The position numbers were made by a program, and so were the translations under genes. Below, one piece after another: positions 9,629-18,190 of a DNA stretch of 60,532 nt (the first letter of the stretch is position 1; every line of letters starts with the position of its first letter). Origin of the DNA: Acidobacteriota bacterium (GTDB taxonomy: Bacteria; Acidobacteriota; Thermoanaerobaculia; Thermoanaerobaculales; Sulfomarinibacteraceae). A model generated the notes under the pieces. The model had not been told where the DNA came from. It worked only from the letters and a program-made list of their open reading frames with translations, and did not search any database. The stretch lies in contig JAJDNH010000166.1 in NCBI GenBank assembly GCA_022340775.1, positions 1 to 60,532 of the forward strand. The letters are read 5' to 3'.

Positions 9629-10291
9629 ATGGCCACAGCAATCGTCACCGGCGCCAACCGCGGCATCGGTCTCGAGCTCACCCGCCAGCTCATTACACGC
9701 GGCGACACGGTGTTCGCGGTCTGCCGCAAGGCATCTCCGCCGCTGGCTGCCACCGGCGCCAACGTGGTTGCAGGCATCGACGTCACCGATGACGAGTCAA
9801 TCAGCCGCCTGGCCGACAGCCTCGACGGCGACGCCATCGACCTGCTCATCAACAACGCCGGCATCCTCAGCCACGAGAGCCTCGACGACCTCGATCTGGA
9901 GCGCATCCGCCGGCAGCTCGAGGTCAACGCCCTCGGCCCGCTGCGCGTCACCGCCGCTGTGTTGCCCAAGCTTCGCCGCGGGGCCAAGGTCGCGCTCGTC
10001 ACCAGCCGCATGGGCTCTATCGCCGACAACTCCTCCGGCGGCAGCTACGGCTACAGGATGTCGAAGGCCGCGCTCAACATGGCCGGTGTGTCCCTGGCAA
10101 GGGACCTGGCCGACCGCGGAATTGCGGTCGCCATCCTCCACCCCGGCTACGTGCGCACCGGCATGACCGGCGGCCAGGGACTGGTCGGCGCCGAGGAGTC
10201 GGCGGCCGGGCTGCTGGCGCGCATCGACGCACTGACCATGGAGAGCTCCGGGAGCTTCTGGCACGCAAACGGCGAGCCGCTTCCCTGGTAG
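9629..10291 (+). CDS. Short-chain dehydrogenase/reductase (CsgA/C-factor-like)
   Basis: TGANRGIG, NNAG, YRMSK, HPGYVRT; GGAGG RBS. Confidence 0.92.
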   Translation: MATAIVTGANRGIGLELTRQLITRGDTVFAVCRKASPPLAATGANVVAGIDVTDDESISRLADSLDGDAIDLLINNAGILSHESLDDLDLERIRRQLEVNALGPLRVTAAVLPKLRRGAKVALVTSRMGSIADNSSGGSYGYRMSKAALNMAGVSLARDLADRGIAVAILHPGYVRTGMTGGQGLVGAEESAAGLLARIDALTMESSGSFWHANGEPLPW

Positions 10292-10644
10292 GCACCGTCC
10301 CATACCCGCCACACCCGCGGTAGTGTCAGTTCGGCACGCCTTCTCAACACCTGTTTCTTGGCCTCGGAATGTGCAAGACCCGCGTTTCTCGCCGCCAAGC
10401 ATAGGGAAAACCTCCTGTCGCGGCCCGTAGCGTGTGCGCCGAACCAAGCCCCCGCGGCCGGCCCTACCTCCGGTTTCGTCAGCCGCCACGACCAGCCACC
10501 AGTCAAGTGCGCAGGGCCTCGTACCGGGAGCCGGGCGGCCTCGCGGCGGGCAGCCCGCCGACGGCGAGGCCGAAGTGCGTGCGGCCTGCGGTAGTGGAGG
10601 ACGCGGTGACCGCAGCAGTTGCCACGTTTGGCACTGTCTGGAGT

Positions 10645-10660
10645 CGGTACGGGACTTGCA
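10645..10660 (+). promoter_or_regulatory. Putative sigma-54 (-24/-12) promoter
   Basis: CGGTACGGGACTTGCA vs consensus TGGCACGNNNNTTGCW with correct GG-GC spacing, 55 bp upstream of ATG10715. Confidence 0.55.
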
Positions 10661-10714
10661 GACTCTGGAGCCGGTCCGCGCCGCGCCAGCGGCGCCACCG
10701 GCCCGGAGGGGACC

Positions 10715-11500
10715 ATGACACCTCATCGTGAGCACAGCACCGACGCGATCCGAGCTCGGCTTGCCGAGCATGAGCTGAGCTGGGACAGAATCCGCGACCG
10801 CATCGCACACGCCTCCGGCCTTGGCGTGGAGGGCACGCCCGGCCGGCACCTCGGACCGTACCTCGCCGTCGGCGGCCACCCCAAGGCGGGACAGGAGGAG
10901 CTGGCAGGCCGGGTCGGGACGGCTCTCGGCTGGCAGGTGGTCGCGGACGAGGTTGTCGACCTGGTCGCCGAGCACCTGCAGCTCAACCCCACACTTCTCC
11001 ATCTCCTCGACGACCGCTCCAGCAGCTGGGTGACCGACGTCCTGGGCGAGTTCTGGCCCCACGAGGTTCCGACCCGGGACGCCTTCGTCGGCCAGCTGAA
11101 GCAGGTGGTTCAGCTTCTCGCCATGCACGGCGACGTGGTGTTCGTCGGCCACGGAGCTGGTTTCTTCCTGCCGCCGCAGTACGGCCTGCACGTCAAGCTG
11201 GTGATGAGCGACGCCATGCGGATCGACCGCATCCGCGCCAGCGAGAACGTGGACGAGGCCGCGGCCCATCGGCGGCTCGGCGAGCTGGCCCGACGGCACG
11301 AGGCGCTGCTGGTGCGGGCACTGGGCCACGACGGCACCGACCCGAGGTGGTACGACCTGGTACTGAACTCGGCGCGACAGCCGATCGAGGTGCTGGCCGA
11401 TGTCGTGGTTGCGGCGTGCAGGCGAACCGGCCTCGTCAGAGACGGGCTCGCAGCATCGGCCTCCAGCAGAGGCGGTACGGTGGGCAGTACTGAAGGGTGA
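10715..11500 (+). CDS. Cytidylate kinase-like family protein
   Basis: Degenerate P-loop, LGWQVVADE, GDVVFVGHGA, DP..YDLVLNS. Confidence 0.8.
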   Translation: MTPHREHSTDAIRARLAEHELSWDRIRDRIAHASGLGVEGTPGRHLGPYLAVGGHPKAGQEELAGRVGTALGWQVVADEVVDLVAEHLQLNPTLLHLLDDRSSSWVTDVLGEFWPHEVPTRDAFVGQLKQVVQLLAMHGDVVFVGHGAGFFLPPQYGLHVKLVMSDAMRIDRIRASENVDEAAAHRRLGELARRHEALLVRALGHDGTDPRWYDLVLNSARQPIEVLADVVVAACRRTGLVRDGLAASASSRGGTVGSTEG

Positions 11501-11783
11501 GCAAGCCGACAGGGGTCCACGAAGATGACCCAGCAGCTGCGACACGGGAAAACCTCGCTGTTCGAGAAACCGGGGACGACTGCTTAGAGCGGCCGCCCGG
11601 AGCTGTCGGCTTGGTCGTCGGCGGACCGCCCGGTACAAGCGCGCAAGCAGCGCGGGCCCCGCACCGAGTCGGTAGGGCGCCTGGCGGCCGACCCCGGCGA
11701 CGGACAAGGGCCGGAGGGAGGTCGGACTGATCCGTCCGACCTCTCCGGCCAGCAGAAGCGCAAGGCACAGGAGGAGACACGAC

Positions 11784-14330
11784 ATGGCCACATCCCCAAC
11801 AACAGGACCGCGCTCCGGCGAGCAGGCGCCGGACTTCACTACGATCAGTCTGGAAGATACGCTGGACCAGCTGCAGACCTCGATGGATGGCCTGAGCGCT
11901 TCAGAAGCCGACCGGCGTCTCCAGCAGTACGGCCCCAACGTCCTGGCCGAGAAGAAGGTCAGTCCGATCCTGCAGTTCCTCTCGTACTTCTGGGGGCCGA
12001 TTCCGTGGATGATCGAGGTGGCGGCCATCCTGTCGGCCATCGTCCGGCACTGGCCGGAGCTTGCCATCATCCTGGTGTTGCTTCTGTTCAACGCGGTGGT
12101 TGGCTTCTGGCAGGAGCATCAGGCGGCCAACGCCGTGGAGGCCCTCAAGAAGCAGCTGGCGATCAAGGCCAGGGCGCGACGCGGCGGCCAGTGGACCGAG
12201 GTGGACGCAGCCGATCTGGTGCCCGGCGACATCATTCGCCTGCGGCTCGGTGACGTCATCCCCGCGGACCTCAAGCTGGCCGAGGGCGAGTACCTGAGCG
12301 TGGACCAGTCCGCTCTGACCGGCGAGTCGCTGCCCGTGGACAAGAAACCCGGCGACGTGGCCTACTCCGGCTCGGTGGCCAAGCAGGGTGAGATGGTCGG
12401 TGTGGTCACCGCCACCGGCTCCGCCACCTTCTTCGGCAGGACCGCCAAGCTGGTTTCGGAAGCCAAGTCGGTCTCCCATTTCCAGAAAGCGGTGTTGCAC
12501 ATCGGCGACTACCTGATCTACCTGAGCCTCGGGCTGGCCGCGTTGCTGCTGCTGGTGCAGCTCTTCAGGGGCGCTCACGTGCTCACCCTGGTGCAGTTCG
12601 TTCTCATCCTGGTCGTCGCCGCCATCCCGGTAGCGATGCCGGCCGTGCTCTCGGTGACCATGGCGATCGGCGCCAGGGCTCTGGCCAGGCTGAAGGCCAT
12701 CGTCACCCGGCTCGAGGCGATCGAGGAGATGGCCGGCATGGACATCCTCTGCTCGGACAAGACCGGCACCCTGACCCAGAACCAGCTGACGCTGGGCGAG
12801 CCGGTGCTGTTCGATGCCGAAGCGCCGCAGGCCCTGATCCTGGCCGCCGCACTGGCCTCCAAGGCCGAGGACCGGGACGCCATTGACCTGGCGGTGCTGG
12901 GCGGACTCGCCGACCAGCGGGTCCTGGCGGACTACAAGCAGCTCAAGTTCGTGCCCTTCGATCCGGTGGGCAAGCGCACCGAAGCCTCGATCGAGGATGG
13001 CCAGGGGCGTTCCTTCACCGTGACCAAGGGTGCGCCGCAGGTCGTCATGACCATGAGTCACCTCGATGCAAAGGACCAGAAGCGGGCCGAAAGAACGGTC
13101 AACGAGCTCGCTGCCAGGGGCTACCGCACTCTGGGTGTGGCCAGAAACGACGGCGGCGATGACTGGCGGTTTCTGGGCATCCTGCCGTTGTTCGATCCCC
13201 CCCGTGAGGACTCGGCCGAGACCATCGAGCAGGCCGGCAAACACGGTGTCAAGGTCAAGATGGTCACCGGCGACAACGTCGCCATCGCCAAGGAGACGGC
13301 GGCCCAGCTCGGGCTGGGGGCGGATGTTCATCCGGCCGACGAGCTCTTCACGGGCAGCACGGACCGGGCGCTGGACCCTCAGCAGACCGAGGCCATCGAG
13401 GCTGCCGACGGCTTTGCCCAGGTCTTCCCGGAGCACAAGTACAAGATTGTCAAGGCGCTCCAGTCTCTGGGCCACATCGTGGGGATGACCGGCGACGGCG
13501 TCAACGACGCGCCGGCCCTCAAGCAGGCCGATAGCGGGATCGCGGTGAGCGGCGCGACGGACGCCGCCCGGGCCGCCGCGGACCTGGTCCTGACCGCCCC
13601 CGGCCTCTCGGTCATCGTCGGAGCGATCGAGGAGGCGCGCAAGATCTTCGAACGCATGAACAGCTATGCGATCTATCGCATCACCGAGACGATCCGCATC
13701 ATGTTCTTCGTGGTGCTGGCGATGATGGTGTTCAACGTCTACCCGATCACCTCCATCATGATCATCCTGCTGGCCGTGCTCAACGACCTGCCCATCATGA
13801 CCATCGCCTACGACAACACCTGGCTGGATCCAGAGCCGGTGCGCTGGGACATGCGGGGGGTGCTCACTCTGGCCACGACCCTGGGCCTGGTCGGCGTCGT
13901 CGAGACGTTCGGCATCCTGGTCATCGCCAAGCTGGTCCTCCATCTCAACCCCGGCCAGATCCAGTCCTTCATCTATCTCAAGCTCGCGGTGGCCGGACAC
14001 CTGACCCTTTTCGTGGCCCGGACCAGGCGGCCATTCCTCAGCAAGCCCTACCCGGCCCCCATCCTGCTCGGCGCCATCCTGACCACGCAGGTGCTGGCGG
14101 TCTTGATCGTGGCCTTTGGGTTCCTGGTGGCGCCGCTTCCCTGGCCCTACATCGCCCTCATCTGGGGCTACTGCCTCGTCTGGGTGTTTATCGAGGACTG
14201 GGCCAAGCTGGGCGTGTACCGCCACCTGAGTCCCAGCGTCCCGCGGAGCCACTCCTTCCTGAATCGAATCCAGGAGTCCGCTCACCCCTTCGGACACCTG
14301 CACGGCGCTCGCTCGCAAAGAACCCGGTAG
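11784..14330 (+). CDS. Plasma-membrane-type proton-efflux P-type ATPase (P3A)
   Basis: TGES, IPVAMPAV, DKTGTLT, KGAPQ, DPPR, MTGDGVNDAPALK, MTIAYD. Confidence 0.95.
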   Translation: MATSPTTGPRSGEQAPDFTTISLEDTLDQLQTSMDGLSASEADRRLQQYGPNVLAEKKVSPILQFLSYFWGPIPWMIEVAAILSAIVRHWPELAIILVLLLFNAVVGFWQEHQAANAVEALKKQLAIKARARRGGQWTEVDAADLVPGDIIRLRLGDVIPADLKLAEGEYLSVDQSALTGESLPVDKKPGDVAYSGSVAKQGEMVGVVTATGSATFFGRTAKLVSEAKSVSHFQKAVLHIGDYLIYLSLGLAALLLLVQLFRGAHVLTLVQFVLILVVAAIPVAMPAVLSVTMAIGARALARLKAIVTRLEAIEEMAGMDILCSDKTGTLTQNQLTLGEPVLFDAEAPQALILAAALASKAEDRDAIDLAVLGGLADQRVLADYKQLKFVPFDPVGKRTEASIEDGQGRSFTVTKGAPQVVMTMSHLDAKDQKRAERTVNELAARGYRTLGVARNDGGDDWRFLGILPLFDPPREDSAETIEQAGKHGVKVKMVTGDNVAIAKETAAQLGLGADVHPADELFTGSTDRALDPQQTEAIEAADGFAQVFPEHKYKIVKALQSLGHIVGMTGDGVNDAPALKQADSGIAVSGATDAARAAADLVLTAPGLSVIVGAIEEARKIFERMNSYAIYRITETIRIMFFVVLAMMVFNVYPITSIMIILLAVLNDLPIMTIAYDNTWLDPEPVRWDMRGVLTLATTLGLVGVVETFGILVIAKLVLHLNPGQIQSFIYLKLAVAGHLTLFVARTRRPFLSKPYPAPILLGAILTTQVLAVLIVAFGFLVAPLPWPYIALIWGYCLVWVFIEDWAKLGVYRHLSPSVPRSHSFLNRIQESAHPFGHLHGARSQRTR

Positions 14331-14477
14331 ACCTGAGAAGTCCATGCCACCGAAACCGTCCGACGGTCCCCGTGTTACCCGGGTCGTCATAAACCGGCTC
14401 GCGGTCCACGGCGCCCAGCGAACGAGACCACCAGAAAGGGCGTAAAATGAGGTAACACGGGTTGAAAGGAGGAGGCG

Positions 14478-15107
14478 ATGAGGTGGCGAGTGAGTGGTGT
14501 CGTACTGGTGGCCGCGACGCTCGCAGTGGGGTGCTCGCGCCAGGCCGAGGTCAAGCCCGCCCCAGAACCTGCGGCGACCGAAGCCGCGTCCCATGCGGAA
14601 TGGACGAAGGTGGCGGTCGCAGACATGACGCCTGAGCAGAAGGCCGAGCAGCAGAAGTGTGAGGAAGCGGTCAAGACGATGAGCGGGCGCCTCATGAGTG
14701 AGCTCACGACGGCCCTCGACTCCGGGGGTCCCGCGGGCGCCATCGAGGTGTGCCGCTCGCGTGCGCCGGAGATTGCTGCGGCCATCTCCAATGAGTACGG
14801 CCTCCTGATCGGGCGTACCTCGTTCCGGCTCCGCAACCCTGCCAACGCGCCGCCGGAATGGGCGGCGAAGCTGGTCGAGGAGCGCGTGGCAGAGCCGACC
14901 TGGCTGGCCAGCCCCGACGGACGGCTCGGCGGCCTGCTGCCGATCCGCCTCAAGGCCGAGTGTGGGATGTGCCACGGCCCCAAGGAGCAGATCGCGCCCC
15001 AGGTGCTGTCCACCATCGAGGAAAGCTACCCCGACGATGCCGCAACAGGTTTCAAGGAGGGCGACCTGCGCGGCTGGTTCTGGGTCGCGACCCCGTCGAG
15101 GACCTAG
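14478..15107 (+). CDS. DUF3365/Tll0287-like c-type heme lipoprotein
   Basis: Lipobox LAVGC, RTSFRLRNPANAP, CGMCH heme motif, YPDD.ATGFKEGDLRG. Confidence 0.85.
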   Translation: MRWRVSGVVLVAATLAVGCSRQAEVKPAPEPAATEAASHAEWTKVAVADMTPEQKAEQQKCEEAVKTMSGRLMSELTTALDSGGPAGAIEVCRSRAPEIAAAISNEYGLLIGRTSFRLRNPANAPPEWAAKLVEERVAEPTWLASPDGRLGGLLPIRLKAECGMCHGPKEQIAPQVLSTIEESYPDDAATGFKEGDLRGWFWVATPSRT

Positions 15108-15221
15108 CCGCCGCGTGGCCGCGGCGAAGGTCAGTCGTCCCTCGACTGCGGGCCCCTGCAGGCCGCCCCGGGGTGGAGGCGGTGAGGCCGGCGGACGTCG
15201 CCGGATAGTAAGGAGTACCCG

Positions 15222-15893
15222 ATGAAGACCCTGAAGCTGCTGGTCGGGGCCGGGCTGGCGTTGGTTCTTGCCGCTTGCGTCCTCAAGACCACCCGTCACA
15301 CCGTGTACCTCGAACCCGACGGCTCGGTAGTCTGGACCGTGCTCGAGGAGGACGTCCACTCAGATGCCCGGACCGCTGTCGACCGGCGGAAGGAGGAGTG
15401 TGACTGGCTGGCGGCGGTCCATGCGGGCGAGCACGGCGTCGCCCGTGGGCTTGCCCTGCTCGGCGGCGATCCGGTGTCGCGGGTACTGCGATCCGAGCGG
15501 CCGTTCGTGGTCTGGACCGAGGCCCGCTTCGACTCGTTCGAGGAGCTTGCCACGCGCCTCGTGAGCGACCTCCAGCTGCCGGCCCGGCTCGACGTCGACA
15601 GCGGCGCCGGTGGCGGTGGCTTCACCCTCGAGCTCGACCTCGCCGCCGCGGAAGGGATGGACGGCGGCGACAACCCGCTCATCGAGCTACTCGACGGCAT
15701 CGAGAACGCACGCCTCGTGCTGCCGGAAGGCGAGTTCGTCTCGGCCGAGGGGTTCGAGCTGGACGAGAATCGCCGAACGGCCCGGCCTTTGGCGCCGCCG
15801 GACGAGGTCCTGGAGGCCAAGGCCGGCACGATCCGGTGGTCGCTGCACTGGACGACCGCAAGGAACGCGGCAAACCCACCTCCGCTCGGCTGA
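15222..15893 (+). CDS. Hypothetical lipoprotein
   Basis: AAGGAG RBS, lipobox VLAAC. Confidence 0.7.
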   Translation: MKTLKLLVGAGLALVLAACVLKTTRHTVYLEPDGSVVWTVLEEDVHSDARTAVDRRKEECDWLAAVHAGEHGVARGLALLGGDPVSRVLRSERPFVVWTEARFDSFEELATRLVSDLQLPARLDVDSGAGGGGFTLELDLAAAEGMDGGDNPLIELLDGIENARLVLPEGEFVSAEGFELDENRRTARPLAPPDEVLEAKAGTIRWSLHWTTARNAANPPPLG

Positions 15894-15940
15894 CCGGAGG
15901 CGAGAGTCGAGGCTCGCTGCCCGGTGATCTGGGCCGACCC

Positions 15941-16777
15941 TCAGAGCACTCCCGCGTTGGGTGCGGTTCCGAAGAGGAAGGTCGCATCTCCGGTGTCATC
16001 CCGGACCACCGAAGCGTACGCATAGAACACATCGGCATTATCGTTTCCGACAGGGTTCGTGTCGATAGCCAAGTCGTCTCTTGCCGGGAGGTTCCAGAGC
16101 TCGGCCACCTTGTCCAGCTGCAGCAGCTCGTGCGGGCTCAGGGTCACGGTGTGGTCGCTGAGGGTCTCTTGGGTCGTCACGTCCCGCACGGTGATGTCGA
16201 CATCGAAGGTCCGATCTGTCGGGTTCGCGATTCCGACCGAGAGGCGGTTGCCGGCGGCTGTCGAAACGCCAGAGATGAAACCCTGCCTCGACAACCGATA
16301 CTGGGGGATCCCCGGCACCGCTTGTCCGAACTGCCCCGCAGGATCGCCGGTGTTGTAGACCCGGGCCCGCACCTCCATGTAAACCGAGGGCGACGAGACG
16401 ACCAGCAGGCCCTTGGAGTCGTTGAGGCCGAAGGTCTGGAGCACGATATCGGAGAAGTACTGCCCCCCGTAACCAGCAATGGTCATCGACCGCGTCAGCT
16501 TGCCGCCGGCGGCCGGGTAGTAGGTCAGCGTGAACTCACCTGCTGGGCTCCCCGTGTTCGTCACCCACACGTCGGACTTCCAGACGGTACTGTTGTAACC
16601 ATGAGTGTGAACGACGACAGGGACCACGACCTGGGTGGAGTCGATCTCGAACGCGCTGGTTGGTGTCGCGCTGAGGGCGCCCAGCAGCAGCACCGCCACA
16701 ACGGGCCCGAGATACCGGCCGAACCTCCGGCCCGGCCACGCCAAAGCCCTCGACCAAAACGAAGTTGCTCGCCACAT
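15941..16777 (-). CDS. Secreted uncharacterised protein, paralog of 17010-17843
   Basis: AAGGAGG RBS, signal peptide, near-identical motifs EVRARVYNTG.PAG.FGQA and YASVVR.DTGDATFLFGT. Confidence 0.8.
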   Translation of the reverse strand: MWRATSFWSRALAWPGRRFGRYLGPVVAVLLLGALSATPTSAFEIDSTQVVVPVVVHTHGYNSTVWKSDVWVTNTGSPAGEFTLTYYPAAGGKLTRSMTIAGYGGQYFSDIVLQTFGLNDSKGLLVVSSPSVYMEVRARVYNTGDPAGQFGQAVPGIPQYRLSRQGFISGVSTAAGNRLSVGIANPTDRTFDVDITVRDVTTQETLSDHTVTLSPHELLQLDKVAELWNLPARDDLAIDTNPVGNDNADVFYAYASVVRDDTGDATFLFGTAPNAGVL

Positions 16778-17009
16778 CGTGCAAACCTCCTTGTGTTGTC
16801 CTGGTACATCGCGTGCGGTGTGCCGTGTATCTGCAACATGAGGATGAGCTTGGGTATTGCGTCGCAGGCTCAGCCGCAAGTCGCGGAACGATGTGTACGC
16901 CTCTGGACCGAGCGGTGAACACCGAGGTCCTTGCTGAATAGACGAAAGCTCAGGACCTCAAAGCACGGCTACGGTCGGCCCGGCTCGACCGCGACGGGAT
17001 GATCCGCGC

Positions 17010-17843
17010 CTAAGCGGGACCGGGGGCGGGGGTGGTCCCAAAGAGGAAAGTCGCGTCCCCCGTGTCCTCCCGTACCACCGACGCATAGCCGTAGAACACC
17101 GCGTTCGGGTCGGTCGCCACCGTGGTGAACTCGACGACCAGACTGTCTTGCTGCGGGAGGTCCCATAAATCGGCCACCCTGTCGAGCTGAACCAGCTCGT
17201 GGGGGCCGACCGTCACCGTGACCCCGTAGAGCTGCGAGCCGGTGTCGTCCTTGACCTTGATGTGGAGGTGGAGCACGTAATCGGTCACGTTGGCGACGCC
17301 GACGGACAACCGTGTTCCCGCGGCGGTCGAGACCCCGGAGATGAAGCTCTCGTTGCTGAGCCGATCCATCGGGAGACCGGGAAAGGCCTGCCCGAACTCA
17401 CCCGCCGGGTTGCCGGTGTTGTAGACACGGGCCCGAACTTCCACGCTGGCCGATGGTGTCGAGACGATCAGGATCCCCTTGGAGCTGTCGAGGCCGAAGG
17501 TCTCGAGCACGATGTCGGGGAAGTAGTACGAGTTGTAGGAGTCCAGGCTCATGGTCTTGGTCAGCTTGCCCCCGTCCGACGGGTAGTAGGTCAGCTTCAG
17601 GTCCGAGGTGTTCCCGAACGGGTTGGTGATCCAGATGTCGGTCCTCCACTGGGTATCGTTGTAGCCCTTGATGTGGACGATGACCGGCACCACCACCTGG
17701 CTGGAGTCAATCTGGATCGCCGGGGCCGGCGCTGCGACGGCGGCACAGAGAACGGCGGCCGCCGCGAGGACGCGGAATGTCCGCCCGGGCGCTCTGCGCA
17801 TCCCTGGAAAGATCTTCGATGGACTCAGAAGTTGGCGCCGCAT
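17010..17843 (-). CDS. Secreted uncharacterised protein, paralog of 15941-16777
   Basis: AGGAGG RBS, signal peptide, same motifs as neighbour. Confidence 0.8.
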   Translation of the reverse strand: MRRQLLSPSKIFPGMRRAPGRTFRVLAAAAVLCAAVAAPAPAIQIDSSQVVVPVIVHIKGYNDTQWRTDIWITNPFGNTSDLKLTYYPSDGGKLTKTMSLDSYNSYYFPDIVLETFGLDSSKGILIVSTPSASVEVRARVYNTGNPAGEFGQAFPGLPMDRLSNESFISGVSTAAGTRLSVGVANVTDYVLHLHIKVKDDTGSQLYGVTVTVGPHELVQLDRVADLWDLPQQDSLVVEFTTVATDPNAVFYGYASVVREDTGDATFLFGTTPAPGPA

Positions 17844-18190
17844 GATGAGGACCTCCTCGTGTCTCGCTCGTACACCTCGCCGCGAAATGACGTCCTATCG
17901 TAACACCGGAGGAGTGCCCCGACCATGAGGACCCTAGGCCGGACATGTCCCCCTACGACGCTCTTCTCCGGTCACCCATTTGGGTGATGGCGTCTGGCGG
18001 CAGACGCCCTACCTTGCTGCAAGTGATCGGGTGAAAAAACGAACAACGTCAACGGCGCGATGCCCAGTGACGAGCGCTCGTGTGGATGACGCCGGTCTTC
18101 CGGCTGTCAGCCCGGAGAATCCCGCCATCCTCACGCACCCGGTCGCGCGCTCATCGTGGGCGGATCGCCGAAGAAAAAGGGGGGCATGTC

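Noticed and set aside
11497-11730. 77-aa ORF between the kinase-like gene and the ATPase
   Set aside because: Low-complexity Arg/Gly/Pro composition and no homology cue
11901-15359. 1152-aa minus-strand ORF and similar long antisense ORFs (2052-3305, 8182-10029, 9797-12091, 18569-20182, 47439-49019, 58215-60077)
   Set aside because: Shadow ORFs opposite well-supported genes; expected in high-GC DNA; no recognisable motifs
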